36,639 nt of DNA from an uncultured Clostridia bacterium (GCA_945622055.1 CALZBV010000001.1:1-36639), one strand, 5' to 3'. Positions 8,448-18,059 are shown, numbered from the stretch's first letter. Notes: a model not told the origin generated them from the sequence alone. Made by a program: numbers and translations.

Positions 8448-9707
8448 ATGAGCAGATTATTAATTATCGGTTGTGGTGGAGTCGCAGGGGTGGCAATTCA
8501 CAAGTGCTGCCAGAACAGTGACATATTTACGGAGATTTGTATTGCCAGCAGAACGAAGTCCAAGTGCGATGCATTAAAGGAGAAGCTTGCCGGTACGACA
8601 AAGACCGTGATTACGACGGCTAAGGTAGATGCTGACAGCAGGGAAGAGCTGATTGACCTGATTCGCTCCTATCAGCCGGACGCAGTTTTAAACGTAGCGC
8701 TTCCGTACCAGGACCTTACGATTATGGATGCCTGCCTTGCGTGCAAGGTTGACTACATTGACACTGCAAATTATGAGCCGGAGGATACGGACGATCCGGC
8801 TTGGCGTGCGGTTTATGAGAAGCGCTGCAGGGAGCAGGGCTTTACCGCATACTTCGATTATTCCTGGCAGTGGGCTTATCAGGAGAAATTTAAGGAGGCC
8901 GGAATTACCGCGCTTTTGGGCAGTGGCTTTGACCCGGGTGTAACGAGTGTGTTTACTGCATATGCCCTGAAGCACTATTTTGATGAAATTGAGACCATTG
9001 ATATTTTGGATTGCAACGGTGGTGACCACGGTTACCCGTTTGCAACAAACTTCAATCCGGAGATTAATCTTCGTGAGGTTTCCGCAAATGGTTCTTACTG
9101 GGAAAACGGTCACTGGGTTGAAACAAAACCGATGGAAATCAAGCGGGAGTATGATTTCCCTGGGGTGGGCAGGAAGGATATGTACTTACTTCACCATGAG
9201 GAAATCGAATCTCTGGCAAAAAATATTCCGGGCGTAAAGAGAATCCGTTTCTTTATGACCTTCGGACAGAGCTACCTGACGCATATGAAATGTCTGGAAA
9301 ACGTTGGAATGCTTTCAACTTCTCCGATTCAATTTGAAGGAAAAGAGATTGTTCCGATTCAGTTCTTAAAGGCACTGCTTCCGGACCCGGCGTCTCTGGG
9401 ACCGAGAACGGTCGGAAAGACCAATATCGGATGCATTTTTACCGGTAAAAAGGATGGAAAAGAGAAGACGATTTACATTTACAATGTATGTGATCATCAG
9501 GAGTGCTACCGCGAGGTAGGTTCTCAGGCAATCTCTTATACAACCGGTGTGCCTGCTATGATAGGTGCGGCGTTGATTGCAAGTAAGAAATGGGATCGGG
9601 ACGGTGTATATACGGTTGAGGAGTTCGATCCGGATCCGTTTATGGCAATGTTAAACGAATTTGGTCTTCCGTGGGTGGTAGACGAGAATCCGAAAATAGT
9701 GGAATAA
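8448..9707 (+). CDS. saccharopine-dehydrogenase family enzyme, most likely carboxy(nor)spermidine dehydrogenase
   Basis: 419 aa with an N-terminal Rossmann motif IIGCGGVAGV. Length and position directly upstream of nspC are as in known CASDH/CANSDC pairs. Confidence 0.8.
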   Translation: MSRLLIIGCGGVAGVAIHKCCQNSDIFTEICIASRTKSKCDALKEKLAGTTKTVITTAKVDADSREELIDLIRSYQPDAVLNVALPYQDLTIMDACLACKVDYIDTANYEPEDTDDPAWRAVYEKRCREQGFTAYFDYSWQWAYQEKFKEAGITALLGSGFDPGVTSVFTAYALKHYFDEIETIDILDCNGGDHGYPFATNFNPEINLREVSANGSYWENGHWVETKPMEIKREYDFPGVGRKDMYLLHHEEIESLAKNIPGVKRIRFFMTFGQSYLTHMKCLENVGMLSTSPIQFEGKEIVPIQFLKALLPDPASLGPRTVGKTNIGCIFTGKKDGKEKTIYIYNVCDHQECYREVGSQAISYTTGVPAMIGAALIASKKWDRDGVYTVEEFDPDPFMAMLNEFGLPWVVDENPKIVE

Positions 9708-9798
9708 AAGGATGAGTTTTACCGGGGCGGCCGATTTCTGACCGCCCGTGTTTCTTTGTCGAAAAGGAAAAGTTTGGTTACCAGTGAGGAAATAGCGA

Positions 9799-10926
9799 AT
9801 GTTTGAGAAAATCGAAACCCCGTGTTATGTTGTGGATGAGGCTAAGCTTGTGCAGAATCTGGAGCTTCTTCATCAGGTGGAGGAACGAAGCGGTGCACAT
9901 ATTTTACTGGCGCAGAAGGCATTTTCCATGTTCCGGCTGTATCCGCTGATAGGAAAATATATCAGCGGCACTACCGCCAGCGGTTTGTTTGAAGCAAGAC
10001 TCGGAAAAGAAGAGATGGGAAAGGAAAATCATGTGTATGCACCGGCCTATAAGGAAGCACACATGAAGGAGCTGGTTACGATTTGTGACCATATCATCTT
10101 CAATTCCTTTGCACAATATGAAAAATATAAACAGATTTGTAAGAATGTCAGCGTTGGAATACGAATCAATCCGATGTGCTCTACGCAGGAGGGGCATGCA
10201 ATTTATGACCCATGCGCACCCGGCTCCAGGCTTGGAGTGACAAAGGAGGAGTTTCGCGGGGATGTATTGTTTGGTGAGGGTGGCATTGAGGGACTTCATG
10301 TGCATACGCTTTGTGAGCAGAATTCCGATGCACTGGTTACAACGTTTCATGCGGTAGAGGAGCAGTTCGGTGAGCTTCTTCACAAGGTAAAATGGCTGAA
10401 TCTTGGGGGCGGTCATCACATTACCCGCCCGGATTATGATGTGGCTACGCTGGTAGATTTGATTAGAAGCATCCGTGAGAAATATCATGTGGAGGTGTAT
10501 CTGGAGCCGGGAGAGGCTGTAGCGTTAAATGCGGGCTATCTGGTGACGGAGGTGTGTGATAAAGTAAAAAACGGCATGGAAATATTGATTTTAGATGCCT
10601 CCGCAGCCTGTCATATGCCGGACGTGCTTGAGATGCCGTATCGTCCGCCGCTACGGGATGCCAAAGAGGCAGGGGAGAAGAAATATACGTACCGTCTGTC
10701 TTCCCTTACCTGTCTTGCCGGGGATGTGATTGGAGATTACAGCTTTGACCGGGAAATCAATATAGGAGACAAGCTTGTTTTTGAGGATATGGCAATCTAT
10801 TCTATGGTGAAGAATAATACGTTTAACGGAATTCCGCTGCCGGATATTTCTGTTTTGCATGAGGACGGAAGTGTGGAGCTTGTCCGCCGGTTTGGCTATG
10901 AGGATTTTAAAGGAAGGCTGTCATAG
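9799..10926 (+). CDS. nspC: carboxy(nor)spermidine decarboxylase
   Basis: 375 aa, alanine-racemase-fold decarboxylase-like sequence (LNLGGGHH, EPGEA). Paired with the CASDH gene. Confidence 0.8.
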   Translation: MFEKIETPCYVVDEAKLVQNLELLHQVEERSGAHILLAQKAFSMFRLYPLIGKYISGTTASGLFEARLGKEEMGKENHVYAPAYKEAHMKELVTICDHIIFNSFAQYEKYKQICKNVSVGIRINPMCSTQEGHAIYDPCAPGSRLGVTKEEFRGDVLFGEGGIEGLHVHTLCEQNSDALVTTFHAVEEQFGELLHKVKWLNLGGGHHITRPDYDVATLVDLIRSIREKYHVEVYLEPGEAVALNAGYLVTEVCDKVKNGMEILILDASAACHMPDVLEMPYRPPLRDAKEAGEKKYTYRLSSLTCLAGDVIGDYSFDREINIGDKLVFEDMAIYSMVKNNTFNGIPLPDISVLHEDGSVELVRRFGYEDFKGRLS

Positions 10927-10943
10927 GGGATAAAGGAGGAACT

Positions 10944-12062
10944 ATGTTACAAAATACAACACCTCTTTCGGACGGGTTTTTTATGCCGGGGGAGTTTGAG
11001 CCGCAGCGCGGCTGCCTTATGGTATGGCCGGAACGCCCCGGCTCCTGGCCGTATGAGGCAAGGGAGGCCAGAAAGGCGTTCGCGGAGATTATTCGCAAAA
11101 TTGCCCGTAGCGAGGAGGTTTTTGTTGCGGTAAGTGAGAAGGGAGAGGCATCTGCAAAGGAGCTGCTTTCGCAGGTTCCGAATGTGAGACTCTTCCGTGC
11201 GGAAACGGAGGATGCCTGGGCACGTGATATCGGGCCGACCTTTGTGAAGAATAAGGAAGGGCTGGTCCGTGCCGTTAATTGGGAGTTTAATGCCTGGGGC
11301 GGTGCATACAACGGGCTTTATGCTTCCTGGGAAAAGGATAATGCCTTTGCACAATTTTTTGCAAGGGAACAGGGCTATGAGATGTATGAAGCGGCTCCGT
11401 TTGTGCTGGAAGGAGGAGCCATTCATTCCGACGGACAGGGAACGGTACTTGTTACGGAGGCATGTCTGCTGAGTCCGGGACGTAACCCGAAGCTTTCCAA
11501 AGAAGAGATAGAACAAAAGCTTTTTTTGTACCTCGGGGCAAAAAAGGTTATCTGGCTGCCGCGTGGAATTTATAACGATGAAACGGATGAGCATGTAGAT
11601 AATTTCTGTGCGTTTATACGCCCGGGGGAAGTGGTTCTTGCGTGGACGGAGGATGTGAACGACCCGCAATATGAAATGTCCATGGCAGGGCTGCGTGTGC
11701 TGGAAGCGGAAACCGATGCCTGCGGACGGAAGCTTTTGGTGCATAAGCTTCCGGTTCCGGAGTATCCGGTATGTGTAAAGGAAGAAGAGCTTTGCGGTTA
11801 TTCGTTTGAAGAGGGAGAGGATACCAGAGAGGCCGGAGAGCGTCTTGCGGCGTCTTATGTAAATTTTTATTTCTCGAATGATGCAGTTTTAATGCCTGCG
11901 TTTGGTGGAGAAAATGAAGAAAGTGACAAGAGAGCAGAGAGCATTTTACGTAAGCTTTGTCCGGAGCGTGAGGTACTTCCGATTCCTGCAAGAGCAATAC
12001 TGCTTGGCGGTGGAAACATCCACTGTATTACACAACAGATTCCGCTTGGACGAACCAGGTAA
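10944..12062 (+). CDS. aguA: agmatine deiminase
   Basis: 372 aa with the C-terminal catalytic motif GGGNIHCITQQ and WxRD near the N-terminal third (DAWARDIGP). Confidence 0.88.
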   Translation: MLQNTTPLSDGFFMPGEFEPQRGCLMVWPERPGSWPYEAREARKAFAEIIRKIARSEEVFVAVSEKGEASAKELLSQVPNVRLFRAETEDAWARDIGPTFVKNKEGLVRAVNWEFNAWGGAYNGLYASWEKDNAFAQFFAREQGYEMYEAAPFVLEGGAIHSDGQGTVLVTEACLLSPGRNPKLSKEEIEQKLFLYLGAKKVIWLPRGIYNDETDEHVDNFCAFIRPGEVVLAWTEDVNDPQYEMSMAGLRVLEAETDACGRKLLVHKLPVPEYPVCVKEEELCGYSFEEGEDTREAGERLAASYVNFYFSNDAVLMPAFGGENEESDKRAESILRKLCPEREVLPIPARAILLGGGNIHCITQQIPLGRTR

Positions 12063-12116
12063 AAGCTGCGGTCTGTGGTAGCATATGTCTGTCAGAGTTT
12101 TGAAAAGGAGAGAAAA

Positions 12117-12995
12117 ATGAGAAAAGTATCAGTCGCTGCAATTCAGATGAGGTGTAGTACGATTGTAGAAGAAAATTTGGAGAAGGCAGAGAAAATGGTC
12201 CGCGAGGCAGCGGCAAAGGGTGCTCAGGTAATTCTGCTCCCGGAGCTTTTCGAGCGTGAGTATTTTTGCCAGCAGAGGCAATATGCTTTTTACAAATATG
12301 CGCTTCCGACCGGAGAAAATCCTGCTGTTCGTATGGGACAGCGACTTGCCAGGGAGCTTTCGGTCGTGCTTCCAATCAGTTTTTTTGAGCGTGACGGAAA
12401 TGTTTTGTATAACTCTGTTGCCTGTATTGATGCGGATGGAAAGCTGCTTGGAGTCTATCGGAAAACGCATATTCCGGATGATCATTTTTATCAGGAAAAG
12501 TTTTACTTTACTCCGGGAGATACCGGCTTTCAGGTGTTTTCCACCCGGTATGGAAAGGTCGGCATAGGGATATGCTGGGATCAGTGGTTCCCGGAAACCG
12601 CAAGAAGTCTTGCAATTCTGGGTGCAGAAATGATTCTGTATCCGACGGCAATCGGTTCTGAACCGATTCTAAACAGTGACAGCATGCCACATTGGAGACG
12701 CTGTATGCAGGGCCATGCTGCTGCGAATCTGATGCCTGTGATTGCAGCCAACCGGATCGGTTCGGAAAAGGTGCTTCCATGCGAGGAAAATGCAGGGCTT
12801 TCTTCAGAGCTTTGCTTTTACGGTTCTTCCTTCCTTACAGACGAAACCGGTGAGCTGGTACAGTCTGCAGGACGGGAGGAGGAAACGGTGCTGGTGTGGC
12901 AGTATGATTTGGACACCATTGAAGAGAACCGCCTTTCCTGGGGAGTGTTCCGTGACAGAAGACCGGATATGTACCGCATTATCAGTAATTCGTAA
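12117..12995 (+). CDS. aguB: N-carbamoylputrescine amidase (nitrilase superfamily)
   Basis: CN-hydrolase motifs (LPELF, YRKTHIP, ICWDQWFPE with the catalytic Cys). ATG 12117 has AAAGGAG 6 nt upstream. GTG 12075 is less likely. Confidence 0.85.
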   Translation: MRKVSVAAIQMRCSTIVEENLEKAEKMVREAAAKGAQVILLPELFEREYFCQQRQYAFYKYALPTGENPAVRMGQRLARELSVVLPISFFERDGNVLYNSVACIDADGKLLGVYRKTHIPDDHFYQEKFYFTPGDTGFQVFSTRYGKVGIGICWDQWFPETARSLAILGAEMILYPTAIGSEPILNSDSMPHWRRCMQGHAAANLMPVIAANRIGSEKVLPCEENAGLSSELCFYGSSFLTDETGELVQSAGREEETVLVWQYDLDTIEENRLSWGVFRDRRPDMYRIISNS

Positions 12996-13022
12996 TATTT
13001 TGTGGAGAAAAGGAGAATAGAA

Positions 13023-13319
13023 ATGGTTAAGCATGTTATTTTATGGAAATTAAAGGATGCACCGGAAGCAGACAAGAAAAAAATTAAGGAAGAGATGAAA
13101 AAGAACCTTGAGGCTTTAGTTGGAGTTGTACCGGGGCTGGTTAGTCTTAAGGTGGAGATTAACCCGTTGGCATCCTCGAATGCAGATGTGATGTTAGACA
13201 GTATTTTAGAAAGCGAAGAGGCATTAAAGGGATACCAGTCTCATCCTGCGCATGTAGCGGTGGCAGATACGTATGTCAGACCGTATGCGGAGGTACGTCT
13301 CTGCATGGACTATGAGTAA
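13023..13319 (+). CDS. Dabb (stress-responsive alpha/beta barrel) domain protein
   Basis: 98 aa. The pattern MVKHVILWKLKD...HPAHVAV is typical of Dabb domains. SD AAGGAG lies upstream. Confidence 0.7.
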   Translation: MVKHVILWKLKDAPEADKKKIKEEMKKNLEALVGVVPGLVSLKVEINPLASSNADVMLDSILESEEALKGYQSHPAHVAVADTYVRPYAEVRLCMDYE

Positions 13320-13332
13320 GAAGTGCCGTTGC

Positions 13333-13360
13333 TTGACATTTTTTTCGGACAGGGTATAAT
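13333..13360 (+). promoter_or_regulatory. near-consensus sigma-A promoter: TTGACA, 16-nt spacer, TATAAT
   Basis: TTGACA at 13333..13338 and TATAAT at 13355..13360, 40 nt upstream of the Mrp-like gene. Confidence 0.6.
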
Positions 13361-13399
13361 CAGAACTATATAATCCGTCAGGGAAAGAGAGGAAATAAA

Positions 13400-14662
13400 A
13401 TGAGTGAAGAGAGATATGAGCAGGAGATTCCGTGCTCTCACGACTGTAACAGCTGTGCTTCAAAATGCAGCTCGAAAAAGCCGGATAAGTCCCAGTTTCT
13501 TGAACCGATGAATGCATACAGCAATGTGAAGAAGGTAATCGGCGTTGTAAGCGGAAAGGGTGGCGTAGGTAAGTCGTTTGTAACCTCTTATCTTGCCGTA
13601 TTGATGAACCGGCTTGGTTATAAGACCGCTGTTTTGGATGCGGATGTGACCGGACCGTCTATTCCGATGGCATTTGGTGTACATCGAAAGGCACAGGGCA
13701 ATGAGCTTGGTCTTTTACCGGAGTATTCTGAAAAGGGAACTGCGCTGATGTCAGTGAATTTATTGCTTCAGGAGGAAGAGATTCCGGTTGTATGGCGTGG
13801 ACCTGTGATTTCCGGAACGGTGAAGCAGTTCTGGTCCCAGGTGGTTTGGGGCGATGTTGATTACATGTTTGTGGATATGCCTCCGGGAACCGGTGATGTT
13901 CCGCTTACGGTATTTCAGTCTCTTCCGGTGGACGGAATTATTATCGTAACCAGTCCGCAGGAGTTGGTATCCATGGTAGTGGCGAAGGCAGTGAATATGG
14001 CCCGTCAGATGGACATTCCGGTACTTGGGCTTGTGGAAAACTACAGCTATGCCCAGTGTGGTGCCTGTGGTGAGAAGATGTATTTGTTTGGGGAAAGTCA
14101 TCTTGAGGAAACTGCAAAGAAGTTCGAGCTTCCGGTGCTTGGAAGACTTCCGATTGATCCGGCGATTGCAAAGGCAGTTGATGCAGGTAAAATCGAGGAG
14201 CTTTCCGGTGAATGGCTTTCGGATGTGACCAATGTATTAAAGCAGCTGCTTCCGGAAGAGAAAACCGGCGCAGAAGGGGAAACCTATACCATTGCGGTTA
14301 CAACGGACGAAGATGGTGAGGTATTCCAGCATTTTGGACATTGTGAGAAATTTACGCTCTATCAGATGAGCGATGGTATATTAGTGGCGCAGAATGAGCT
14401 TAAGACAGATGGAAACGGTCATGAGGCAATGGCAAAGGTGCTTGCGGATAACGGCGTTAAGGTTCTGATTTGCGGAGGCATCGGATTTGGCGCAATGCAG
14501 GCATTGATGGAGTATAATGTTTTGGTTGTGCCGGGAGTAACGGGAAGCGTGGATGCAGCTGTTAAGAATTATCTGGAAGGTGTGCTGGGGAGCCGTGATG
14601 AGGCAACCTGTAGTTCCCATTCCGAGGAAGGCTGTGGCAGCTGCGGTGGCTGTTGTCATTAA
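13400..14662 (+). CDS. Mrp/NBP35-family P-loop ATPase (Fe-S cluster carrier type) fused to a NifB/NifX-like (FeMo-cofactor-binding fold) domain, with Cys-rich termini
   Basis: Deviant Walker A SGKGGVGKS. N-terminal CSHDCNSCASKC. The C-terminal about 110 aa (IAVTTDEDGEVFQHFGHCEKF...LICGGIG) resembles the NifX/NifB-C fold. Terminal tail CGSCGGCCH. Confidence 0.8.
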   Translation: MSEERYEQEIPCSHDCNSCASKCSSKKPDKSQFLEPMNAYSNVKKVIGVVSGKGGVGKSFVTSYLAVLMNRLGYKTAVLDADVTGPSIPMAFGVHRKAQGNELGLLPEYSEKGTALMSVNLLLQEEEIPVVWRGPVISGTVKQFWSQVVWGDVDYMFVDMPPGTGDVPLTVFQSLPVDGIIIVTSPQELVSMVVAKAVNMARQMDIPVLGLVENYSYAQCGACGEKMYLFGESHLEETAKKFELPVLGRLPIDPAIAKAVDAGKIEELSGEWLSDVTNVLKQLLPEEKTGAEGETYTIAVTTDEDGEVFQHFGHCEKFTLYQMSDGILVAQNELKTDGNGHEAMAKVLADNGVKVLICGGIGFGAMQALMEYNVLVVPGVTGSVDAAVKNYLEGVLGSRDEATCSSHSEEGCGSCGGCCH

Positions 14663-14685
14663 TCGGTAAAGAAAGGCGGTAAGGA

Positions 14686-15903
14686 ATGAAAAACCGGTAT
14701 TGTGGAGCGTGTCGTGGCGAACGAGGCTGTGTGGATTGTGTTTCTGCTTCGAAAAATGCACAGTATGTGGGACTTACCGGCTTTGTAAACCGGGATAACG
14801 CGGAGACTGAGAGCTCCGTCCCGCAGGAGTATCTGCTGGCAGCGGACATTGGTACAACCACACTTGCGTTCGTCTGTACGGATGAGCATGGAAATGTACT
14901 TTCCTCGTATGGCTGTGTGAATCCTCAGAGAAGGTATGCAGCTGACGTGATCGGACGGGTGGACTATGCCTGCGGGAAGGATGATACGGAGTTAACAAAG
15001 ATACTGAAGGAGGCCTTGGTAAAAGGCTTCCTTTTTGTGCTGAAAAGGGCGGAAAAGACGTATGGCAGCGGGCGTCCGGTCCGCTTTGGGATTGCAGGAA
15101 ATACCGTGATGCTGCATTTGCTTTTGGGATATCCGGTAGAGGGACTGGCAAAGGCACCCTTTGTACCGTTTCGCACGGAGGGTGTGAAAACCGGCTTTAC
15201 GGAATTGTTTGGTGTGCAGCAGGGACTGGAGGGAAGTGTAGTAATTTTACCCTGCTTTTCGGCCTTTGTTGGTGCGGATTTGTTTGCAGGGGCATATTAT
15301 CTGGATTTTTTTGGACAAAAAAAGCAAAAAACCTGCTTTCTTGCAGATTTCGGAACGAATGGTGAGCTTCTGCTATTGCATGACGGACGTATTTATGCAA
15401 CCTCTGCAGCAATGGGAACTGCATTTGAAGGAGGAAGGTTTTCGTATGCAGCCGATTTGTTCCGCCTGATTGCCGAGGCAAGGAAGGAAGAGCAAATGGA
15501 CAAATACGGATTGCTTTCGGAACCCTATTTTGAGGAAGGCTTTCGTGGATTGTTGCAGGAGGATGTCCGGGTGTTTCAGCTGGCAAAGGGAGCAATCCGT
15601 GCCGGAATTGAGATTTTGCTTGGACGCGCCGGAATCAGTGCGGCGGAGGTTTCTGAGGTTTTTCTGGCCGGCGGACTTGGTGAATTTTGTAATCAGGAGG
15701 ATTTTTTTGATACCGGATTATTACCGGGGGCTTTTCGGGGAAAGCTTTCCGTGGTGGGAAACGGCTGTATTGGCGGACTGGTAAAGTATTTAAAAAACAG
15801 GGAAGAAATGCTTACGTGTGAAGCAGATGTCATAAATCTGGCAGAATGCCCGTCTTTTGAGGAGGCATATTATGCTTACATGAATTTTGAAGAGGAAGCA
15901 TAA
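14686..15903 (+). CDS. ASKHA-fold ATPase of the RACo-like / DUF4445-type family (family number from memory), lacking the usual N-terminal ferredoxin domain
   Basis: ADIGTTTLAF phosphate-1 motif followed by NPQRRYAADVIGRV and a second DFGTNGE motif. The N-terminus carries only CGACRGERGCVDC. Confidence 0.65.
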   Translation: MKNRYCGACRGERGCVDCVSASKNAQYVGLTGFVNRDNAETESSVPQEYLLAADIGTTTLAFVCTDEHGNVLSSYGCVNPQRRYAADVIGRVDYACGKDDTELTKILKEALVKGFLFVLKRAEKTYGSGRPVRFGIAGNTVMLHLLLGYPVEGLAKAPFVPFRTEGVKTGFTELFGVQQGLEGSVVILPCFSAFVGADLFAGAYYLDFFGQKKQKTCFLADFGTNGELLLLHDGRIYATSAAMGTAFEGGRFSYAADLFRLIAEARKEEQMDKYGLLSEPYFEEGFRGLLQEDVRVFQLAKGAIRAGIEILLGRAGISAAEVSEVFLAGGLGEFCNQEDFFDTGLLPGAFRGKLSVVGNGCIGGLVKYLKNREEMLTCEADVINLAECPSFEEAYYAYMNFEEEA

Positions 15904-15992
15904 GCGGTGATAAGGCGTTGGTCTGCTTTTTGTTATGAGCCATAGTTCATTTTCAATAGAAAATCAGAGCAAAGCAGCGGAAAGGAGTGCGA

Positions 15993-17168
15993 ATGAAGGG
16001 AAAGAATCGGAAACAGGCCGGAAAGATTTTACTCGGGACAACTCTTTTTCTTTGCGTGCTTCTTTTTGCAGGCTGTAAGAAAATGCAACCGGATTCCGGG
16101 CTTGTTACCCAACCACCGGGCAATTCGGATACTACGGAAACGGATAATCCGGAGCTTAGTGCGTTTGAACTGGCGAATGCAAAGCTGGTACAGGAACGGC
16201 TGGCGTCACTAAAGACAATTGTGGCAGCAAAGGTAGGCTCGCAGGAGATTACGATGGACAGGGCCATGGTGCTGATTTATTTCATGGAGGTGCGCGGAAA
16301 CTACTACGCAGACTATTATGAAGCTACCTATGGGAGTGATTACTGGAATACCGTGTACGATGCGTCCGGAAAAACCGCCCGTGAAGTGCTTAAGGAAGAA
16401 ACGATGGATACGTTAATCCGTTATGCGATTTTATATGATTGTGCAGTTCGGAATGGAATGGAGCTTACTGCAGAGGAACAAAAGGAAAATGAAGCGTATG
16501 TGGAACGTGTGAAAGCGGAGATGACATCAGAGGAAGCAGAACGGGGTGGTTTTACCACACAGGGGCTTTTGGACGCCTGTGCGTGGATGATGACTGCAGA
16601 AAAGTATTATGACAGGATGACGGAGAACCTCGGAATTACCCGTGAATCGGCAGCGGAAACGATAAATCCGGAGGATTACCGGGAGTATGAGACGGAGTAT
16701 TTGTATCTGCCGACAACATACTATGATGAACAGTATCAGGTTTGTGAGGAAAGCGAAGAAACCATTGCTGCACGACTGGAACGAATGAAGGAATATGCTG
16801 TTTTGCTACAACAGGGAGAAACCTTTGCAGAGCTTTTGGAACGGGATGGAGAGCTTACGTATAAGCAACGGCTGTTTAGGGAGAACGGTTCGGGTGCAGA
16901 GACTGCCTATGCAGAGGTGGCAAAGAAGCTGAAGAACGGAGAACTGACCGGTCCGGTAAAAACAGAATATGGAATTTATATTATCCGTATGGTGGACCGG
17001 GATTGCCAGGTATCGTATGAAGAAGCGGTGGATGCAGCCTTTGAAGTAAAGAAGAGCGAAGCAATGGAGGCTGCCTACCGGGTGCTGTCAGAACAGTACC
17101 CGACAGAGCTGAATGAGGAGGCCTGGAGTGAGATTGTAATCGGAGCAACGGTTAGTCTCAGGGAATAA
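15993..17168 (+). CDS. lipoprotein with a SurA-N/PpiC-type (PrsA-like) foldase region
   Basis: Signal peptide with lipobox LFAGC. The C-terminal segment GELTGPVKTEYGIYIIRMVDR resembles parvulin-type PPIase cores. ATG 15993 lies 6 nt after AAAGGAG. Confidence 0.6.
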   Translation: MKGKNRKQAGKILLGTTLFLCVLLFAGCKKMQPDSGLVTQPPGNSDTTETDNPELSAFELANAKLVQERLASLKTIVAAKVGSQEITMDRAMVLIYFMEVRGNYYADYYEATYGSDYWNTVYDASGKTAREVLKEETMDTLIRYAILYDCAVRNGMELTAEEQKENEAYVERVKAEMTSEEAERGGFTTQGLLDACAWMMTAEKYYDRMTENLGITRESAAETINPEDYREYETEYLYLPTTYYDEQYQVCEESEETIAARLERMKEYAVLLQQGETFAELLERDGELTYKQRLFRENGSGAETAYAEVAKKLKNGELTGPVKTEYGIYIIRMVDRDCQVSYEEAVDAAFEVKKSEAMEAAYRVLSEQYPTELNEEAWSEIVIGATVSLRE

Positions 17169-18059
17169 TCAGTTTTTTTTCAAAAGCAGCTTCATAAAAT
17201 AATCGGTTGGTTCTGAAATCGGCAAAGTGCTGTCGTAGGCAAGGACAAGCTTTCGTTTTGGAAGTCTGTCCTTTGTCTGTATCTTGTAGAGGTTCTCGCC
17301 GATTTTCCCTTCTACACAAAAATCAGGAACAAAGGCGATGCCAAGGCCGATAGCAGCCAGGTCAATCAGAAGGTCATTACTGCTCAGTTCAATGGCCGGT
17401 GCAAGCTCTACCGAATGGGAGAGAAACTGTTCGTGCAGATATTCACTTGTTGTGGAATGCTTATCGAGCATCAGGATGGGAAGAGAACTCAGCTGTTCAA
17501 AGGAGAGCTCTTCACCGTTGTAGTTGAAATATGCAGGATTTGCAACAAAGACATCGGAAAACTCGCGAAGGGTCTCAATCTGCATGGAATTGTTCAGAGC
17601 AGGGTTTGGAGAGTTCGCAACGATAAAGTCAACTGCGTTTTCAGAAAGAAGCTCTGCACAATTTAAGGAGGTTCCGTTCATGACCTTAATATGAACCTCC
17701 GGAAAGGTTTTGTGAAATTGATTTAAGTAAGGCACAAGGTAGTAGCGGCAGATGGTGTCGCTGGCAGCAATACGAAGCTGCATGCCGCCGGAGCTGCGTG
17801 CATTGACGAGCTGGTTTTCACCCTTGGAAATCAGATTGATGGCGGGTTCAATGTGCTTAAACAGCATTTCTCCCTCCTTTGTCAGCGTAACCCGCTTGGT
17901 GCTGCGGACAAACAGCGTCTGTCCGAGACGACGTTCCAGTACCTTTACGGACTGGCTGACTGCCGATTGTGAAATAAACAAAACAGAGGCGGCTTCTGAA
18001 AAGCTCAGGGTTTTTGCAACATGGTAAAAAACCTTGTACAGCTCATAATTAATATCCAT
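17169..18059 (-). CDS. LysR-family transcriptional regulator
   Basis: 296 aa with an N-terminal HTH (FYHVAKTLSFSEAASVLFISQSAVSQSVKVLERRLG) plus a substrate-binding domain. Divergent from purL. Confidence 0.88.
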   Translation of the reverse strand: MDINYELYKVFYHVAKTLSFSEAASVLFISQSAVSQSVKVLERRLGQTLFVRSTKRVTLTKEGEMLFKHIEPAINLISKGENQLVNARSSGGMQLRIAASDTICRYYLVPYLNQFHKTFPEVHIKVMNGTSLNCAELLSENAVDFIVANSPNPALNNSMQIETLREFSDVFVANPAYFNYNGEELSFEQLSSLPILMLDKHSTTSEYLHEQFLSHSVELAPAIELSSNDLLIDLAAIGLGIAFVPDFCVEGKIGENLYKIQTKDRLPKRKLVLAYDSTLPISEPTDYFMKLLLKKN

